Of a DNA stretch of 64,000 bases, positions 11,388-22,502 are shown piece by piece; the stretch's first letter is position 1; each line of letters opens with the position of its first letter. A model generated the notes under the pieces. The model saw only the letters and a list, made by a program, of their open reading frames with translations, was not told the DNA's origin and searched no databases. The translations under genes were made by a program, and so were the position numbers. The stretch is taken from positions 9,618 to 73,617 of the forward strand of contig JBMNOU010000001.1 in NCBI GenBank assembly GCA_050943215.1, written 5' to 3'. The DNA is from Christensenellales bacterium. Its GTDB lineage: Bacteria > Bacillota > Clostridia > Christensenellales > SZUA-584.

Positions 11388-11831
11388 TTACTGCTTTTCC
11401 AGGCCCATCACTTTATCGATTCGCCTTAAATGCCTGGACTCATTCGAAAATTTCGTTCCCAGAAACGCATCGACAATCTCAATCGCGAGCCCTGGCCCTG
11501 TTACTCTTTCTCCAAGCGCCATCACGTTGGCGTCATTGTGCTCTCTGGTAGCTTTTGCCGAGAACACGTCGCCAAGAAGCGCGCATCGTATGCCTTTCAT
11601 TTTATTGGCCGTAATGGACATTCCAATGCCCGTTCCGCAGACCAGAATGCCAAAATCCGCTTTACCTGAAACAATCGCGTCGCATACGGGAACCGCAAAA
11701 TCCGAATAGTCACAGGAGCTTTTATCACATGTTCCAAAATCGATTGTCTCAAACCCTTTCTTTTTTAAATGATCAACAATGGTATTTTTCAGTTCAAATC
11801 CGCCGTGATCAGATCCAAGTGCAATTTTCAT
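11388..11831 (-). CDS. rpiB: Ribose-5-phosphate isomerase B
   Basis: MKIALGSDHGGFELK and ILVCGTGIGMSI motifs. The start is trimmed to ATG 11831. Confidence 0.9.
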   Translation of the reverse strand: MKIALGSDHGGFELKNTIVDHLKKKGFETIDFGTCDKSSCDYSDFAVPVCDAIVSGKADFGILVCGTGIGMSITANKMKGIRCALLGDVFSAKATREHNDANVMALGERVTGPGLAIEIVDAFLGTKFSNESRHLRRIDKVMGLEKQ

Positions 11832-11975
11832 GATGTTTCCTTTCATTCACGGGTTTCTATCCAAAGGCTGCATTATTTATAAATTTTTCCTTTGTCCCAT
11901 ATAACACGATATCAAAAAAAATAAAAAAAATCAACCAGAGAATACTTTAAAAAGACCCATAAGGGATTGTATGGT

Positions 11976-12004
11976 TTGATATGACACAAACGATGGTGTA
12001 TAAT
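11976..12004 (+). promoter_or_regulatory. Sigma-A type promoter for the 12037 gene
   Basis: TTGATA (11976-11981), a 17-nt spacer, then TATAAT (11999-12004), about 30 nt upstream of the TTG start at 12037. Confidence 0.5.
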
Positions 12005-12036
12005 GTACTCGAATATCACTTTGGGAGAATTGAATT

Positions 12037-12861
12037 TTGGAAAGTGTATACGATATCGTCATAAAAATAGGGTCTATGGCCTTAATACGCCGCGAGGACG
12101 GCGACCTTGATTACAATATTTTTTCAAGACTGGGCAGCGCGCTAAGGCCGGGAATGCTTCTTGTCAGCTCCGGAGCAACCGAAATCGGGCGTATTGATTA
12201 TATAAAAAGATGCGGAACCGAGCTTTTAGGCGATGAAGAAGATATCAAGACGGACTATTCCGCTCAGGGACAGTCAATATTGATGCAGAACTATCGGCAG
12301 TTTATCAGCCCAGGCTATTCGGTCAGGCAAGTGCTTGTTGAGCATAGTCACTTTAACGATGCGGAAAAGAGAGAGCATATATTAAGATTGCTGCTTCGGG
12401 CACCGTTGCAAAACGCGATACCGATCATTAATTATAACGATCCGGTCTCGAGCGAAGAAAACCGCAAAATGGAGCTTAAGAAGATAGGTAACGGCGGCCG
12501 AGAGGTTGTTGAATGCGTGGATAACGATGAAACTGCTGCGGTCGTGGCGATGCTTGTTAGGGCAAAGACGCTTGTAATACTGACATCCGTTGACGGGATA
12601 TATAGAAACTGCGATGATAAGTCGACACTGATCCGGGAAATTTCAGGGGATACACCCGAAGAGCTTGAGCAAAACATAAGTTCGGCGACCGCATTCTGCA
12701 GGGGTGCTTCAAGAGCAGGCGCAAACGGTGCAGGTGCTAAGCTAAAGTATTCTTTAGGGCCTGCCAAGCTTGGTACGCATGTTTATATTGCGAGCGCCGG
12801 TAATCGGATTAATGACATCATTTCCGGAAAAGCGGATAGTACGCATATTTATGTTAAATAA
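12037..12861 (+). CDS. Amino-acid kinase family protein (glutamate-5-kinase/uridylate-kinase fold)
   Basis: 274 aa with a TTG start after GGGAGA. It shows the N-terminal IVIKIGSMAL nucleotide loop and the DNDETAAVVA and ILTSVDGIY motifs typical of the AAK superfamily. Confidence 0.6.
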   Translation: MESVYDIVIKIGSMALIRREDGDLDYNIFSRLGSALRPGMLLVSSGATEIGRIDYIKRCGTELLGDEEDIKTDYSAQGQSILMQNYRQFISPGYSVRQVLVEHSHFNDAEKREHILRLLLRAPLQNAIPIINYNDPVSSEENRKMELKKIGNGGREVVECVDNDETAAVVAMLVRAKTLVILTSVDGIYRNCDDKSTLIREISGDTPEELEQNISSATAFCRGASRAGANGAGAKLKYSLGPAKLGTHVYIASAGNRINDIISGKADSTHIYVK

Positions 12862-12933
12862 ACCATACCTATTGGGCCGGGGGATTTAAGGCAGCTTGTT
12901 CTTGATTGGCTGGCATGATAAAATACTGGCGTT

Positions 12934-14142
12934 ATGAGCAGCAGAGAAAGATATACGATCCACTTTTTTATAGCGGCTACGATGATTGCTGTTGCCTATA
13001 TCATGCTTTATAAAGCGATTGGGCAGGGTATTTTTTCGCATTGCGATTACGATTCTTATACCCGGCAGGCCGAGGCCTGGTGGCGCGGCAGCGCAAGCCT
13101 GCCTGAGAACATATCATGGCTGGAGCTTGCGGAATATCGCGGCGGATACTATGTCAGTTTTCCGCCTTTTCCAAGCGCGGTGCAGTTTCTTTTCTATCCA
13201 ATATTCGGTATTAAAACGCCGGACAATCTTATCAACACACTGTTCGCACTTGGCGCTTTTGTGTTGATCTACCGGTTTTTAATGCGCCGCGGATACAGCG
13301 GGTTTGCCGCAAGTGTATTTGCACTTTTGCTGACGCTGGGCACAAACTTGTTTTACCTTTCGGTTACAGGCTGGGTATGGTTTAGTGCCCAGACGCAAGG
13401 GTTTTTTTTGTCGGTGCTTAGCGTTTATCTGATATATAGCCAAAAAAAGACCGCATGGTATTTTTCTTTTTTGTGCCTCGGGCTCGCGGTAGCATGCCGG
13501 CCGTTCCAGATCATTTATGCACCGCTTCTATTTTACGTGCTTTTTGAAAACACCGAAGGAAAAGGTTTTTTGCATGCGTTTGGATGCCTCAAATACGTAC
13601 TTCCGATGATTTTTGCAGGGATATGCATCGGTGCATATAATTATATCCGATTTGGGTACGTGCTGGAATTCGGACACAACTATTTGCCTGAATTTGAGAA
13701 TACTCAGCAGTTTTCGATATCGTATATCCCGGGAAATTTTATTGAGATACTTAAATTGCCTGGCATAAAAAACGGCAGTATTGTTTGGCCAACGTTTAAC
13801 GGAACGCTGTTTTTTCTTGTGAACCCGGTTTATGTGATGCTGGGGATCAGCTTTATTAAAAATCAGTTCGGCAAAAAGCAGTTTATCTATATGCTGTGTG
13901 TTATCGCTCATTTTTTGGCCACCCTTTCACATAAAACAATGGGCGGATGGCAATTTGGCAGCCGATATCTTGTTGACATGATACCGTTTATGCTTGTGAT
14001 ATTTGCGCAAGATAAAAGCTACAAGACGGGCCATTCGATAAAAATGATGGTACTGCCCGCCGCGTTGTGTGCGTTTGGAATTGCTGTAAACATTAGCGGT
14101 GCGGCATGGTATTATTCATGGTATACCACCATGTTAATCTGA
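12934..14142 (+). CDS. Polytopic membrane protein, possibly GT-C type glycosyltransferase
   Basis: 402 aa with more than 10 predicted hydrophobic segments and an aromatic-rich first loop. The functional call is weak. Confidence 0.4.
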   Translation: MSSRERYTIHFFIAATMIAVAYIMLYKAIGQGIFSHCDYDSYTRQAEAWWRGSASLPENISWLELAEYRGGYYVSFPPFPSAVQFLFYPIFGIKTPDNLINTLFALGAFVLIYRFLMRRGYSGFAASVFALLLTLGTNLFYLSVTGWVWFSAQTQGFFLSVLSVYLIYSQKKTAWYFSFLCLGLAVACRPFQIIYAPLLFYVLFENTEGKGFLHAFGCLKYVLPMIFAGICIGAYNYIRFGYVLEFGHNYLPEFENTQQFSISYIPGNFIEILKLPGIKNGSIVWPTFNGTLFFLVNPVYVMLGISFIKNQFGKKQFIYMLCVIAHFLATLSHKTMGGWQFGSRYLVDMIPFMLVIFAQDKSYKTGHSIKMMVLPAALCAFGIAVNISGAAWYYSWYTTMLI

Positions 14143-14154
14143 CAGGAGACACCC

Positions 14155-15225
14155 ATGCATCTTAACAGCCTTATACTGAGAAATTACAGGAGTTATAAAA
14201 GCCTTGGCGTAAGCTTTACCAACGGTATCAATATTTTACTGGGTCAAAACGCTGCTGGAAAAACCAATATTCTTGAAGCTATCGGGTTTTTGTGTTTTGG
14301 TAGATCGTTCAGAACGCAGAAAGATGCCGATTGTATCCGGGAAGGTGAGGAAAACGCATATATCAAGGGAAATATACTGCGTACCAGAGGAGAACTTAGC
14401 CTGGAAGCACTGTTATCGATCCAAGATAAAAAAAGTCTAAAGGTAAACGGCGAACCTGTCAGGAAGATGGGGGAACTTTTCGGTAATTTTATTGCGGTTG
14501 TGTTTTCTCCCGAAGACTTGAAAATGCTAAAAGAATCTCCGTCGCTTCGGCGTCGGTTTATGGATATGGAGATATCCAAGCTTCGACCTTCTTATTTTTA
14601 TGTTCTGCAAGAATATCAAAAAGTATTGGCGCAAAAAAACGCTCTGTTAAAATCGCGGATTAAAGAGGCTCAGCTTAGAAAACTTGTTTCAATATACAAC
14701 GAACAACTGGCAAAGCATGGAGAAAAAATTATTCTAGCAAGGCAGGCTTTTTTGCAGCGAATCGATGAGATTAGCCGCGAAATCCATAAGAGTTTGTCAG
14801 GAGGGGAATTGCTATCGGTTAAATACAAAAGCAGCGTGGTTTCGGACAACTTGATGAAGGCGCTTTTTGAAAAAATGGAGAAATCTTTAGCTTCTGAAAT
14901 TGAACAGGGGTTTTCCCTGTACGGACCGCACAGGGAAGATATTTCTGTATCATTGGGCGGCAGCGAGATCAAGGCATATTCTTCTCAGGGACAGATCCGC
15001 ACGGCGATGCTGTCGATGAAGCTTGCGACTCTTCACGTTGCGAATACGGAATTTAAAGAAAATGCCGTACTGCTTCTTGATGATGTCTTCTCTGAATTGG
15101 ATGAAACAAGGCAGGCAGCCCTTTTGCAGCATATCAGAGGCACCCAATGTTTTATCACCACTGCGGTACCAATTAAAAACGCACCCGGAAGGGTGTATGC
15201 TGTCGCAGACGGCGCTGTCAAATAA
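14155..15225 (+). CDS. recF: DNA replication and repair protein RecF
   Basis: N-terminal LILRNYRSY...GQNAAGKTNILEAI Walker A, and an SMC-like signature plus Walker B (SQGQIRTAMLSMKLA...LLLDDVFSELD). Confidence 0.9.
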   Translation: MHLNSLILRNYRSYKSLGVSFTNGINILLGQNAAGKTNILEAIGFLCFGRSFRTQKDADCIREGEENAYIKGNILRTRGELSLEALLSIQDKKSLKVNGEPVRKMGELFGNFIAVVFSPEDLKMLKESPSLRRRFMDMEISKLRPSYFYVLQEYQKVLAQKNALLKSRIKEAQLRKLVSIYNEQLAKHGEKIILARQAFLQRIDEISREIHKSLSGGELLSVKYKSSVVSDNLMKALFEKMEKSLASEIEQGFSLYGPHREDISVSLGGSEIKAYSSQGQIRTAMLSMKLATLHVANTEFKENAVLLLDDVFSELDETRQAALLQHIRGTQCFITTAVPIKNAPGRVYAVADGAVK

Positions 15226-15916
15226 ATGTTGTCATGATAAAACCGGCTCCCAATCCGAGAAGCGCGTAAAGCATTCTGTTTTTTTTGCCGGCTGCCGGGA
15301 TAAGCTCTTTTAATGATATATAAAGCATCGCACCTCCTGCAAAGGAGATGCATAGCGCGATCATTTCCTGGGAAATCGTTCCGACAGCCGTTCCGAGTAC
15401 TGAACCCAAAGCGGTGGGCATGCCTGTCAAAAAAGCAAGCCACAGCATTTTTGAAAAGGACATACCCGAAAGCCGAAAAGGCAGGCATACGGCGACGCCT
15501 TCCGGTATATCATGAACAAGCATCAGCAGCGAAAGCGAAAAAGCACGGTGCTCGCTTTCGACCAGTGCAGACCCGATAGCCAGCCCTTCAGGAAGATTGT
15601 GAAATGCTATACCGATCAGTACCAACATACCTGTCGAATAAAGCGTGTGCTCTTCTTTGTGTGAAAAAAAGGGGGATAGCATTGCAAATAATACGCCGCC
15701 TATTACCGTGCCGCCCGCCATAACAACGATGCCTCCGAGCTCTACGCTTTCGATCAGCATATCGAAAAACACAACGGCCACCATCATACCGCCGGCAAAA
15801 GCCAAAAACGGGCGCGGTGCCATTACCTTTTTACCGATCAGCATTGCGAGTATACCGCCCAACAAGGTGCCTGATGCGCCGACAATACACCCGATGATTG
15901 TGCTTTTCAGATACAT
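15218..15916 (-). CDS. ZIP family metal (zinc) transporter
   Basis: 232 aa with HNLPEGLAIG and HDIPEGVAV motifs. Confidence 0.85.
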   Translation of the reverse strand: MYLKSTIIGCIVGASGTLLGGILAMLIGKKVMAPRPFLAFAGGMMVAVVFFDMLIESVELGGIVVMAGGTVIGGVLFAMLSPFFSHKEEHTLYSTGMLVLIGIAFHNLPEGLAIGSALVESEHRAFSLSLLMLVHDIPEGVAVCLPFRLSGMSFSKMLWLAFLTGMPTALGSVLGTAVGTISQEMIALCISFAGGAMLYISLKELIPAAGKKNRMLYALLGLGAGFIMTTFI

Positions 15917-16279
15917 AGCTTTACCTCATAAACGATTGTCTGTTATGTATACGCTAAAGTCAGCACGGGTTATGCTATAAGACTAAATTTCAAATTTACG
16001 GGTTAGATAATAATGTAACAAGTAGTATTATAAATATTCAAGGCAAGATTTTAGATTATAAGTTTTGTATGATCTTTTACAATTGTTATACGTTCAGGAT
16101 ATAAAGAATATATTTGATAAAATTGGATTTTACTTGTTAAATCACTTTATAAGTATATTAAAAAAAGAGGAATTTTATGAAATTTAGTATAGAATATTTG
16201 GAGAACTCTTAAGAGAAAAAATAAGATAATACAATGTAAACAAACGGGCGAAGATATAAAATTAGAGTTTAAAATATAG

Positions 16280-16762
16280 TTATATTTTTCTAAATAGCCT
16301 TACCTTATGTTTATTCAGCAAAAAAAACAATGGCATTCCGAGCGCATAACATGCAATGGCTTGCCCAAAGCCGACGTAAAGTACGGATATTAAGAAAGGC
16401 AGCTTTGCGAGATAATAAAGCAATGCGCCCACTACAAATGCGTTGACGACGACAGAGGGCAGCGGAAGCAGCCATTTGTATTTAAGTTTGTATGTGATGA
16501 TGGCGGCAATCAGCGTGGCAAGAGATCCGAATACGATGTCGAATATACCAAGAAAGCTTAAGATGTTCGCAAGAAGGCAGCCAATAAACAGCCCGGGGAT
16601 GGCTGCCGCCGTAAAAAAAGGGAGTACGCACAATGCTTCGGAAACGCGGATCTGAAGCTGTCCGTAGCTGATGGGGGCAACGGCGACGGTTAATGCAAAA
16701 TACAGCGCCGCAATTATACCGGCCTCTACTATGAACCGAATACGCAAAGACATTTTTCGCAT
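16280..16762 (-). CDS. queT: QueT-like queuosine-precursor transporter
   Basis: 160-aa membrane protein (VAPISYGQLQIRVSEALCVLPFF). Its ATG overlaps the leuS TGA by 1 nt. Confidence 0.7.
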   Translation of the reverse strand: MRKMSLRIRFIVEAGIIAALYFALTVAVAPISYGQLQIRVSEALCVLPFFTAAAIPGLFIGCLLANILSFLGIFDIVFGSLATLIAAIITYKLKYKWLLPLPSVVVNAFVVGALLYYLAKLPFLISVLYVGFGQAIACYALGMPLFFLLNKHKVRLFRKI

Positions 16763-19179
16763 CAGCCCACCACGATGTTCGCAATACGCCCCGGTACGAT
16801 TATCACCTTTCGTACCAGCTTGCCTTCAAACAGCGATTTTAGGCTGTCCGTATTCATGATTATACTTTCGATGTCTTCTTTTGAAGCATTTGCCGGAACA
16901 GAGAATTTTGCCCGCAGTCTGCCATTGATCTGAAGCGGCATTTCGACTGTATCAAGCAGCAGCGCGCTTTCGTCGCATACGGGATATTCCATATTAAAAA
17001 CCGAATATTTACCGCCGATGGCTTCCCAGAGCTCTTCTGCAAAATGCGGCGCGAACGGAGCGATCAGCAGAATGATCGTTTTTGCTGCCATCGCTGATGT
17101 TTCTTTATCAGGGGCTTTATCGATATATTTATTAAGCGCATTCGCAAACTCCATCAGCCGAGCGATTGCTGTATTGAACTGAAAAATTTCAATATCTGCG
17201 GTCATATGCTTAATACAGTAATTCATTGCGTATAATATTTCTTTTTTGTCCTCTTTAGAGGTCTCATTTACAGAAACAAGGCGCATTACAATGCGCTCAA
17301 CGCGCTCTAAAAATCGGTGCACCGCTTTTAAGCCGTCCTCGTTCCACGGACCGCCTTCGATATACGAAAATCCAAAGCCTAAGTATGTACGGAAAACATC
17401 GCTGCCGTATTTTTGTATATACGTGTCAGGAGAGATTACGTTACCGCGCGATTTGCTCATGCGTTGTCCATCCGGCCCTAATATCAACCCCTGGTGCACA
17501 AGAGAGCTGAACGGCTCGTCAAAATCGATATATCCCATGTCGTGTAGCGCCATCGTAAAAAACCTGGCGTATAGCAGGTGCATACAGGCGTGTTCGACAC
17601 CCCCGATGTACTTATCAACAGGCAGTATTTTATTGATCCAACTAGGATCCCAGGCTTTCTGAGAGTTATTATTATCAGGGTACCGTAAAAAATACCACGA
17701 CGAGCAGACAAACGTATCCATTGTGTCGGCATCACGCATAGCTTTGCCACCGCATTTAGGGCATACAGTATTGATGAAGGATTCGCATTTAAGCAGCGGC
17801 GATGTGCCATCCGGCGTAAAGTCAACATCATATGGAAGATTGACCGGTAAGTCGCTCTCGGGAACCGGCACCTCACCGCATTTTTCGCAGTAAACGATGG
17901 GTATCGGCGCGCCCCAATACCGCTGACGTGAAATAAGCCAGTCACGTAAACGATAGTTGACTTTTAAGTCCCCTTTTCCTGCCGACTTTAATTTTTTGAT
18001 GACGGCTTTTTTGCCATCTTCAACAGAAAGTCCGTTAAACTCCTCGCTGTTTATCATAATACCGTACCCTGTATACGGCAAATCATCATTTTCATCACCA
18101 GCGGCTTCGATCACGCGTTTAATCGGCAGGCCGTACTTTTGTGCAAACGCAAAATCTCTTTCGTCATGCGCTGGCACCGCCATAACCGCGCCTGTGCCAT
18201 AGCTGTAAAGCACATAATCTGCGACATAGACGGGAATGCGCCGCCCGTTGATCGGATTGATTGCGTATGCTCCCGTAAAAACGCCTGTTTTTTCGCGTGC
18301 TGTGGAAAGCCGGTCGATTTCGCTTGCCCGTGTGGCGTAGTCTATATATTCCTCAACAACCTTTCTCTGTTTGTCCGTTGTTATTTTTTGGGTCAAGGGA
18401 TGCTCGGGAGAGAGTACCGCGTATGTACAGCCGTAAAGTGTATCTGCCCGCGTGGTAAATACGGTGAATGTATCGCCGGATTCCAATTCAAATGTGATCT
18501 CTCCGCCAATGGATTTCCCAATCCAGTTCCTTTGCATCATCTTAGTTTTTTCGGGCCAGTCGATTTTCTCCAGATTTTGCAGCAGACGTTCTGCATAATC
18601 GGTAATCTTGAAAAACCACTGAGTCAAGTTTTTGTGGATAACCGGTGTTTCGCAGCGCTCGCAGCATCCGTCAATGACCTGCTCGTTGGCCAGTACCGTA
18701 TTGCAGCTTTCACACCAATTGACCGGCGCTTCTTTTCTATACGCAAGCCCATGCTCATAAAGCTTTAAAAAGCACCATTGCGTCCACCGGTAGTAATCGG
18801 GCATGCATGTTTTGATCTCATAATTCCAATCGAACATGGCGCCCATCGCACGCAGCTGCTTCTCCATTGTGTCAATGTTGGCAAGTGTAGAATCTTCAGG
18901 ATGGATGCCTGTTTTAATCGCATAGTTCTCTGCTGGCAGGCCGAATGCATCAAATCCCATCGGCTGAAAAACCTCGAAACCCTTCATACGCATAAAGCGC
19001 GCGTACGAATCCGAAAGGCCGTAATTATACCAATGCCCTATATGCAGCTTGGCGCCGGATGGATATGAAAACATCTCAAGGATGTATTTTTTCTTGTCTG
19101 CGCGTGATTTATTGAAACTGTAAAGGCCGGTTTCATCCCATTTTTTCTGCCACTTTTTCTCTATCTGCAAAAAATCCAT
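16762..19179 (-). CDS. leuS: Leucine--tRNA ligase
   Basis: 805 aa with HIGH-type (LHIGH) and KMSKS motifs, class I LeuRS architecture. Confidence 0.97.
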   Translation of the reverse strand: MDFLQIEKKWQKKWDETGLYSFNKSRADKKKYILEMFSYPSGAKLHIGHWYNYGLSDSYARFMRMKGFEVFQPMGFDAFGLPAENYAIKTGIHPEDSTLANIDTMEKQLRAMGAMFDWNYEIKTCMPDYYRWTQWCFLKLYEHGLAYRKEAPVNWCESCNTVLANEQVIDGCCERCETPVIHKNLTQWFFKITDYAERLLQNLEKIDWPEKTKMMQRNWIGKSIGGEITFELESGDTFTVFTTRADTLYGCTYAVLSPEHPLTQKITTDKQRKVVEEYIDYATRASEIDRLSTAREKTGVFTGAYAINPINGRRIPVYVADYVLYSYGTGAVMAVPAHDERDFAFAQKYGLPIKRVIEAAGDENDDLPYTGYGIMINSEEFNGLSVEDGKKAVIKKLKSAGKGDLKVNYRLRDWLISRQRYWGAPIPIVYCEKCGEVPVPESDLPVNLPYDVDFTPDGTSPLLKCESFINTVCPKCGGKAMRDADTMDTFVCSSWYFLRYPDNNNSQKAWDPSWINKILPVDKYIGGVEHACMHLLYARFFTMALHDMGYIDFDEPFSSLVHQGLILGPDGQRMSKSRGNVISPDTYIQKYGSDVFRTYLGFGFSYIEGGPWNEDGLKAVHRFLERVERIVMRLVSVNETSKEDKKEILYAMNYCIKHMTADIEIFQFNTAIARLMEFANALNKYIDKAPDKETSAMAAKTIILLIAPFAPHFAEELWEAIGGKYSVFNMEYPVCDESALLLDTVEMPLQINGRLRAKFSVPANASKEDIESIIMNTDSLKSLFEGKLVRKVIIVPGRIANIVVG

Positions 19180-19244
19180 AAGTTTTCTCCTGTAATTTAA
19201 CTCCGTACATTATTATATATAACCGCAAAAAAATCAAGCATAAT

Positions 19245-20381
19245 CTAACGGGTGAGAGAAGCCACCGCCATCGCCGAGACACCCTTGAGTTCTCCTTCAA
19301 ACCCAAGGCCTTCCGTTGTTGTCGCTTTTACGCTAACGGCGTCTGTCTCTATCTTAAGCGTATATGATATATTCTTTATCATTGTTTTAAGATATGCAGC
19401 CAAACGGGGCTGCTCGATCACTACCGTCGCGTCAATATTGACAATGCCATACCCCTGACCCGACACAATATCCCGCGTTCGCTCGAGCAAAGTGATACTG
19501 CTGATACCGCAAAACTCCTCCGTGCAAGGGAAATGCTCTCCGATGTCCCCGGCGGCTGCCGCACCAAGCAATGCATCGATAATTGCATGCAGCAAAACGT
19601 CTGCATCGCTATGACCTAAAGGTCCGTGAGTATGTGGGATATTCACGCCGCCAAGGATCAGCGGCCGTCCCTGCCCGAGCCTATGGGCGTCATACCCGAT
19701 ACCTGTTCGTATCTGTTCTCCCACGATAAACCTCCCATGCAAGATGTCTTCTTTGGTGGTGATCTTTATATTGTCATAATGCGCTTCCACAAAGCTAACG
19801 GGTGTCCCTATCCTTTCAAGCAAACTGCATTCATCCGTACCCACAAACTGATCGGAGCTAGCTTTGGTGTAGGCATCCATTAGTATGCCATATCGGAATG
19901 CCTGAGGTGTTTGTATATTGATCAGATCTGCTCTGTCTACAGTGCCCGTAATCATATCGCCTTCAATCCGCTTAATCGTATCTTTCGTTCTGACGCCCGC
20001 GGCGGCCGCGCCTGTTTCATAGGCTTTTTTGACACATGCACTGACAATGCCGGGCCTGACAAAGCATCTGGCACCATCGTGCACAACAATAACATCCGCG
20101 ATATCGATAGACTTTAGCGCGTTGCCAACGGAAAATTGCCGTTCGCTTCCGCCCTCAACGATGGTGTAAGGGATGGTAAGAGCATGTTCGGCAATCGCGT
20201 CTGCTTTCAGCGCATCTTTTTTTTGGCAGACGATTATAATATGATCAAGACACTGGCTGTTCTCAAAAGCGTCAAGGGATCGCTCAAGTACGCTTTTATT
20301 ACCTATACGCATAAACATTTTGTTTTTGCCCATGCGCCTCGCGTTACCGGCAGCAAGCAAAATGCCTACCGTTCTACCCAT
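19245..20381 (-). CDS. ispDF: Bifunctional IspD/IspF (MEP cytidylyltransferase / MEcPP synthase)
   Basis: IspD N-terminal half ([13 protein letters not shown]) fused to an IspF half (GIGYDAHRL...[10 protein letters not shown]). The start is trimmed to ATG 20381. Confidence 0.9.
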   Translation of the reverse strand: MGRTVGILLAAGNARRMGKNKMFMRIGNKSVLERSLDAFENSQCLDHIIIVCQKKDALKADAIAEHALTIPYTIVEGGSERQFSVGNALKSIDIADVIVVHDGARCFVRPGIVSACVKKAYETGAAAAGVRTKDTIKRIEGDMITGTVDRADLINIQTPQAFRYGILMDAYTKASSDQFVGTDECSLLERIGTPVSFVEAHYDNIKITTKEDILHGRFIVGEQIRTGIGYDAHRLGQGRPLILGGVNIPHTHGPLGHSDADVLLHAIIDALLGAAAAGDIGEHFPCTEEFCGISSITLLERTRDIVSGQGYGIVNIDATVVIEQPRLAAYLKTMIKNISYTLKIETDAVSVKATTTEGLGFEGELKGVSAMAVASLTR

Positions 20382-20631
20382 TATTATTTTCCTCCAAAAC
20401 CTCGTACATACCACCTGCATTTTCTTTACGCACGGTTTCCGATACTGTGAGGACTTTAACTTTAAGCGTATTTGCACCAAAGTGTATTTCAATAATATCG
20501 CCGACTTTTATGTCTTTACCCGCTTTTGCAAGATTGCCGTTGACCCATACGCGTTTTTTATCGCATGCTTCGCTGGCAACGGTGCGGCGCTTGATAATCC
20601 TGGATACTTTTAAAAACTTATCGAGTCTCAT
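20374..20631 (-). CDS. S4-domain RNA-binding protein
   Basis: 85 aa beginning [17 protein letters not shown], an S4 fold signature. It overlaps the ispDF start by 8 nt. Confidence 0.7.
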   Translation of the reverse strand: MRLDKFLKVSRIIKRRTVASEACDKKRVWVNGNLAKAGKDIKVGDIIEIHFGANTLKVKVLTVSETVRKENAGGMYEVLEENNNG

Positions 20632-20846
20632 TCAGTTACCTCTTTTTTGTTCATTATATAACAAAAATATTTTGTGAAACAAGATGATTTATTGTGCAAA
20701 TTGAAAAGAGCACGGATATACCGAACGCCCTTTTCAAAAATATATATTAATGCTGGTTGCCTTCTCGCTTATAACAACTATCATATACCAATATTGTGAA
20801 TAAAGTGTAAACAGAATAGATATTATTTGTAAAATCTGGTTTCATA

Positions 20847-21308
20847 TTATAAATCTCTAACCATGATGAGCTTATCATCTCCTATACCGTATTCATCCTG
20901 GGAGTTGTCCGCAACGGCAAAACCTAGCTTTTCGCGATATGTCGATAAAGCGGCAAAGTTGGCCGGATCGACTGTAAGCTGCAGCCGCGCAATGCCGATC
21001 TCTTTAAGATCGGAAAACGCAAAGTTTAACAGCGCTGTTCCCACATCGTGTCCTTTAAAAACAGGAAGTGTTGCGACGCTCATCAGATAGGCTATACCGG
21101 CATCGTGCATATCCCGAATAAAATAGGCGCACGCAATGACAATGTCTTCTTCGTCTACCGCGATATATACTTTGCCATGCCGCAGCAGCGGAACGATTAC
21201 ATATTCAGAAAGCGCAGTGTCACCAAAAGCCTCCTGCTCAACGTACAGTATATGAGAAATGGTGATAGCATCAGGTTTATCTATCGCCTTGAACGTAATG
21301 GTCATCAC
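20847..21308 (-). CDS. GNAT family N-acetyltransferase
   Basis: 153 aa with an acetyl-CoA binding stretch (VATLPVFKGHDVGTALL). Confidence 0.7.
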   Translation of the reverse strand: MMTITFKAIDKPDAITISHILYVEQEAFGDTALSEYVIVPLLRHGKVYIAVDEEDIVIACAYFIRDMHDAGIAYLMSVATLPVFKGHDVGTALLNFAFSDLKEIGIARLQLTVDPANFAALSTYREKLGFAVADNSQDEYGIGDDKLIMVRDL

Positions 21309-21425
21309 ATTCCTCCATAAATATAAATAAAATATTTTTATGTATTATGCGAGCATATGCTGCTGTCATCATTATATGCCCGAAAAAAACGGTTTTATAC
21401 AAATCACAGACAAATTTTGCGCCCT

Positions 21426-22187
21426 TTAAGGATCTTCATCTGTCGTAAACGATACGATAAACTGTCTGACGCCTGAATATTCCGCCGCATACGCCTTCCT
21501 TTTCTCTAAAGATCGTTTTCCCATCAGGGAATCTGCCTGGAAACTAAAACATGTGTTTTCGCTGACGATGATATGGTCAAGGAGTTCAATGCCAAGAATA
21601 TTGAGCGCGCGAAGAATGTCTTGCGTTGTGTCAATGTCCGCCTTGGATGGCGTCACATTTCCACCCGGATGATTATGAGCGATCACGCCTTTGGCCGCAT
21701 GGTGCCTCAGTGCGGCTGCCGCGACTTTGTTCAAATAGACGGGAGATTCCGATATACCGCCTTCGGAGAGCCTCTCGTGATGTATTACTCTGTTCTGCGT
21801 ATCCAGCCATATCACGTAAAACTGCTCAAACGTTTTTCCAAACAGCAATGATTTTGCAAAATCACAAGCGTCTTTGATCGATTTAATAAAAGGACGTTTG
21901 CCAAGTTTGCTATGCTGATACGCTCTGAATATTTCGGGAAACATACAGATATACGCCGCTGTTTTCCTGCCGATACCTGCGACCTGTTCTAAGTCTTTTG
22001 CGTTGGCTTCAAGCACACCCGCAAGGCTACCGAAAGTTTTAATCAACCTATGGGCAATGGCGTTAGTATCAACCCGTGGTAGTGCATAAAATAATATGTA
22101 CTCAAGTATTTCGTGCTCTTCAAAACTTTCGAGCCCCTCGCTTAAGAACCTGTTGGTCAGCCGTTGCCTATGGCCCTCATGCATCAA
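21426..22187 (-). CDS. radC: RadC-like JAB-domain protein
   Basis: MHEGHRQRL...HEILEYIL N-terminus, an HhH region, and the HNHPGG JAMM motif. Confidence 0.85.
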   Translation of the reverse strand: MMHEGHRQRLTNRFLSEGLESFEEHEILEYILFYALPRVDTNAIAHRLIKTFGSLAGVLEANAKDLEQVAGIGRKTAAYICMFPEIFRAYQHSKLGKRPFIKSIKDACDFAKSLLFGKTFEQFYVIWLDTQNRVIHHERLSEGGISESPVYLNKVAAAALRHHAAKGVIAHNHPGGNVTPSKADIDTTQDILRALNILGIELLDHIIVSENTCFSFQADSLMGKRSLEKRKAYAAEYSGVRQFIVSFTTDEDP

Positions 22188-22204
22188 CCCTGCCCCCCAT
22201 TACG

Positions 22205-22405
22205 TTAACCTGAGCATCCTTTGCAGCAACTGCAGTTACCCCCGCTGCAGCCGCTGCTTTTACCTCCGCCGAAATAACATTTTCCCTGATAATACCGCTT
22301 GATAGTATCTGACCCGCACTTGGGGCAGACCGGCTTCTTATCACCGAAAATCAGCTCTTCAAACACATGACCGCAGCTTTCACAGATGTATTTTAATAAT
22401 GGCAT
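22205..22405 (-). CDS. FmdB-family zinc-ribbon protein
   Basis: The conserved start MPLLKYICESCGHVFE...CPKCGS carries two CxxC pairs. The start is trimmed to ATG 22405. Confidence 0.7.
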   Translation of the reverse strand: MPLLKYICESCGHVFEELIFGDKKPVCPKCGSDTIKRYYQGKCYFGGGKSSGCSGGNCSCCKGCSG

Positions 22406-22502
22406 AAACTCCTCCCGGCCGTTTCTCTTGCGACACATGCCAGGGAACATTGGCTGTGCGCCTTCGGTTTTGACCATTAATTAGTTTTTACTAACCCGTC
22501 TA

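Noticed and set aside
15917-16279. AT-rich 360-bp gap with an 11-codon ORF (MKFSIEYLENS, about 16177-16212) and a possible Zur box upstream of the ZIP transporter
   Set aside because: The mini-ORF is too short and unconserved-looking to support. I could not find a convincing palindromic Zur/Fur-type box. The gap is probably just promoter and spacer DNA.
19180-19244. T-box leader upstream of leuS
   Set aside because: Only about 65 nt separate leuS from the ispDF stop, which is far too short for a T-box. No specifier or T-box sequence is visible.
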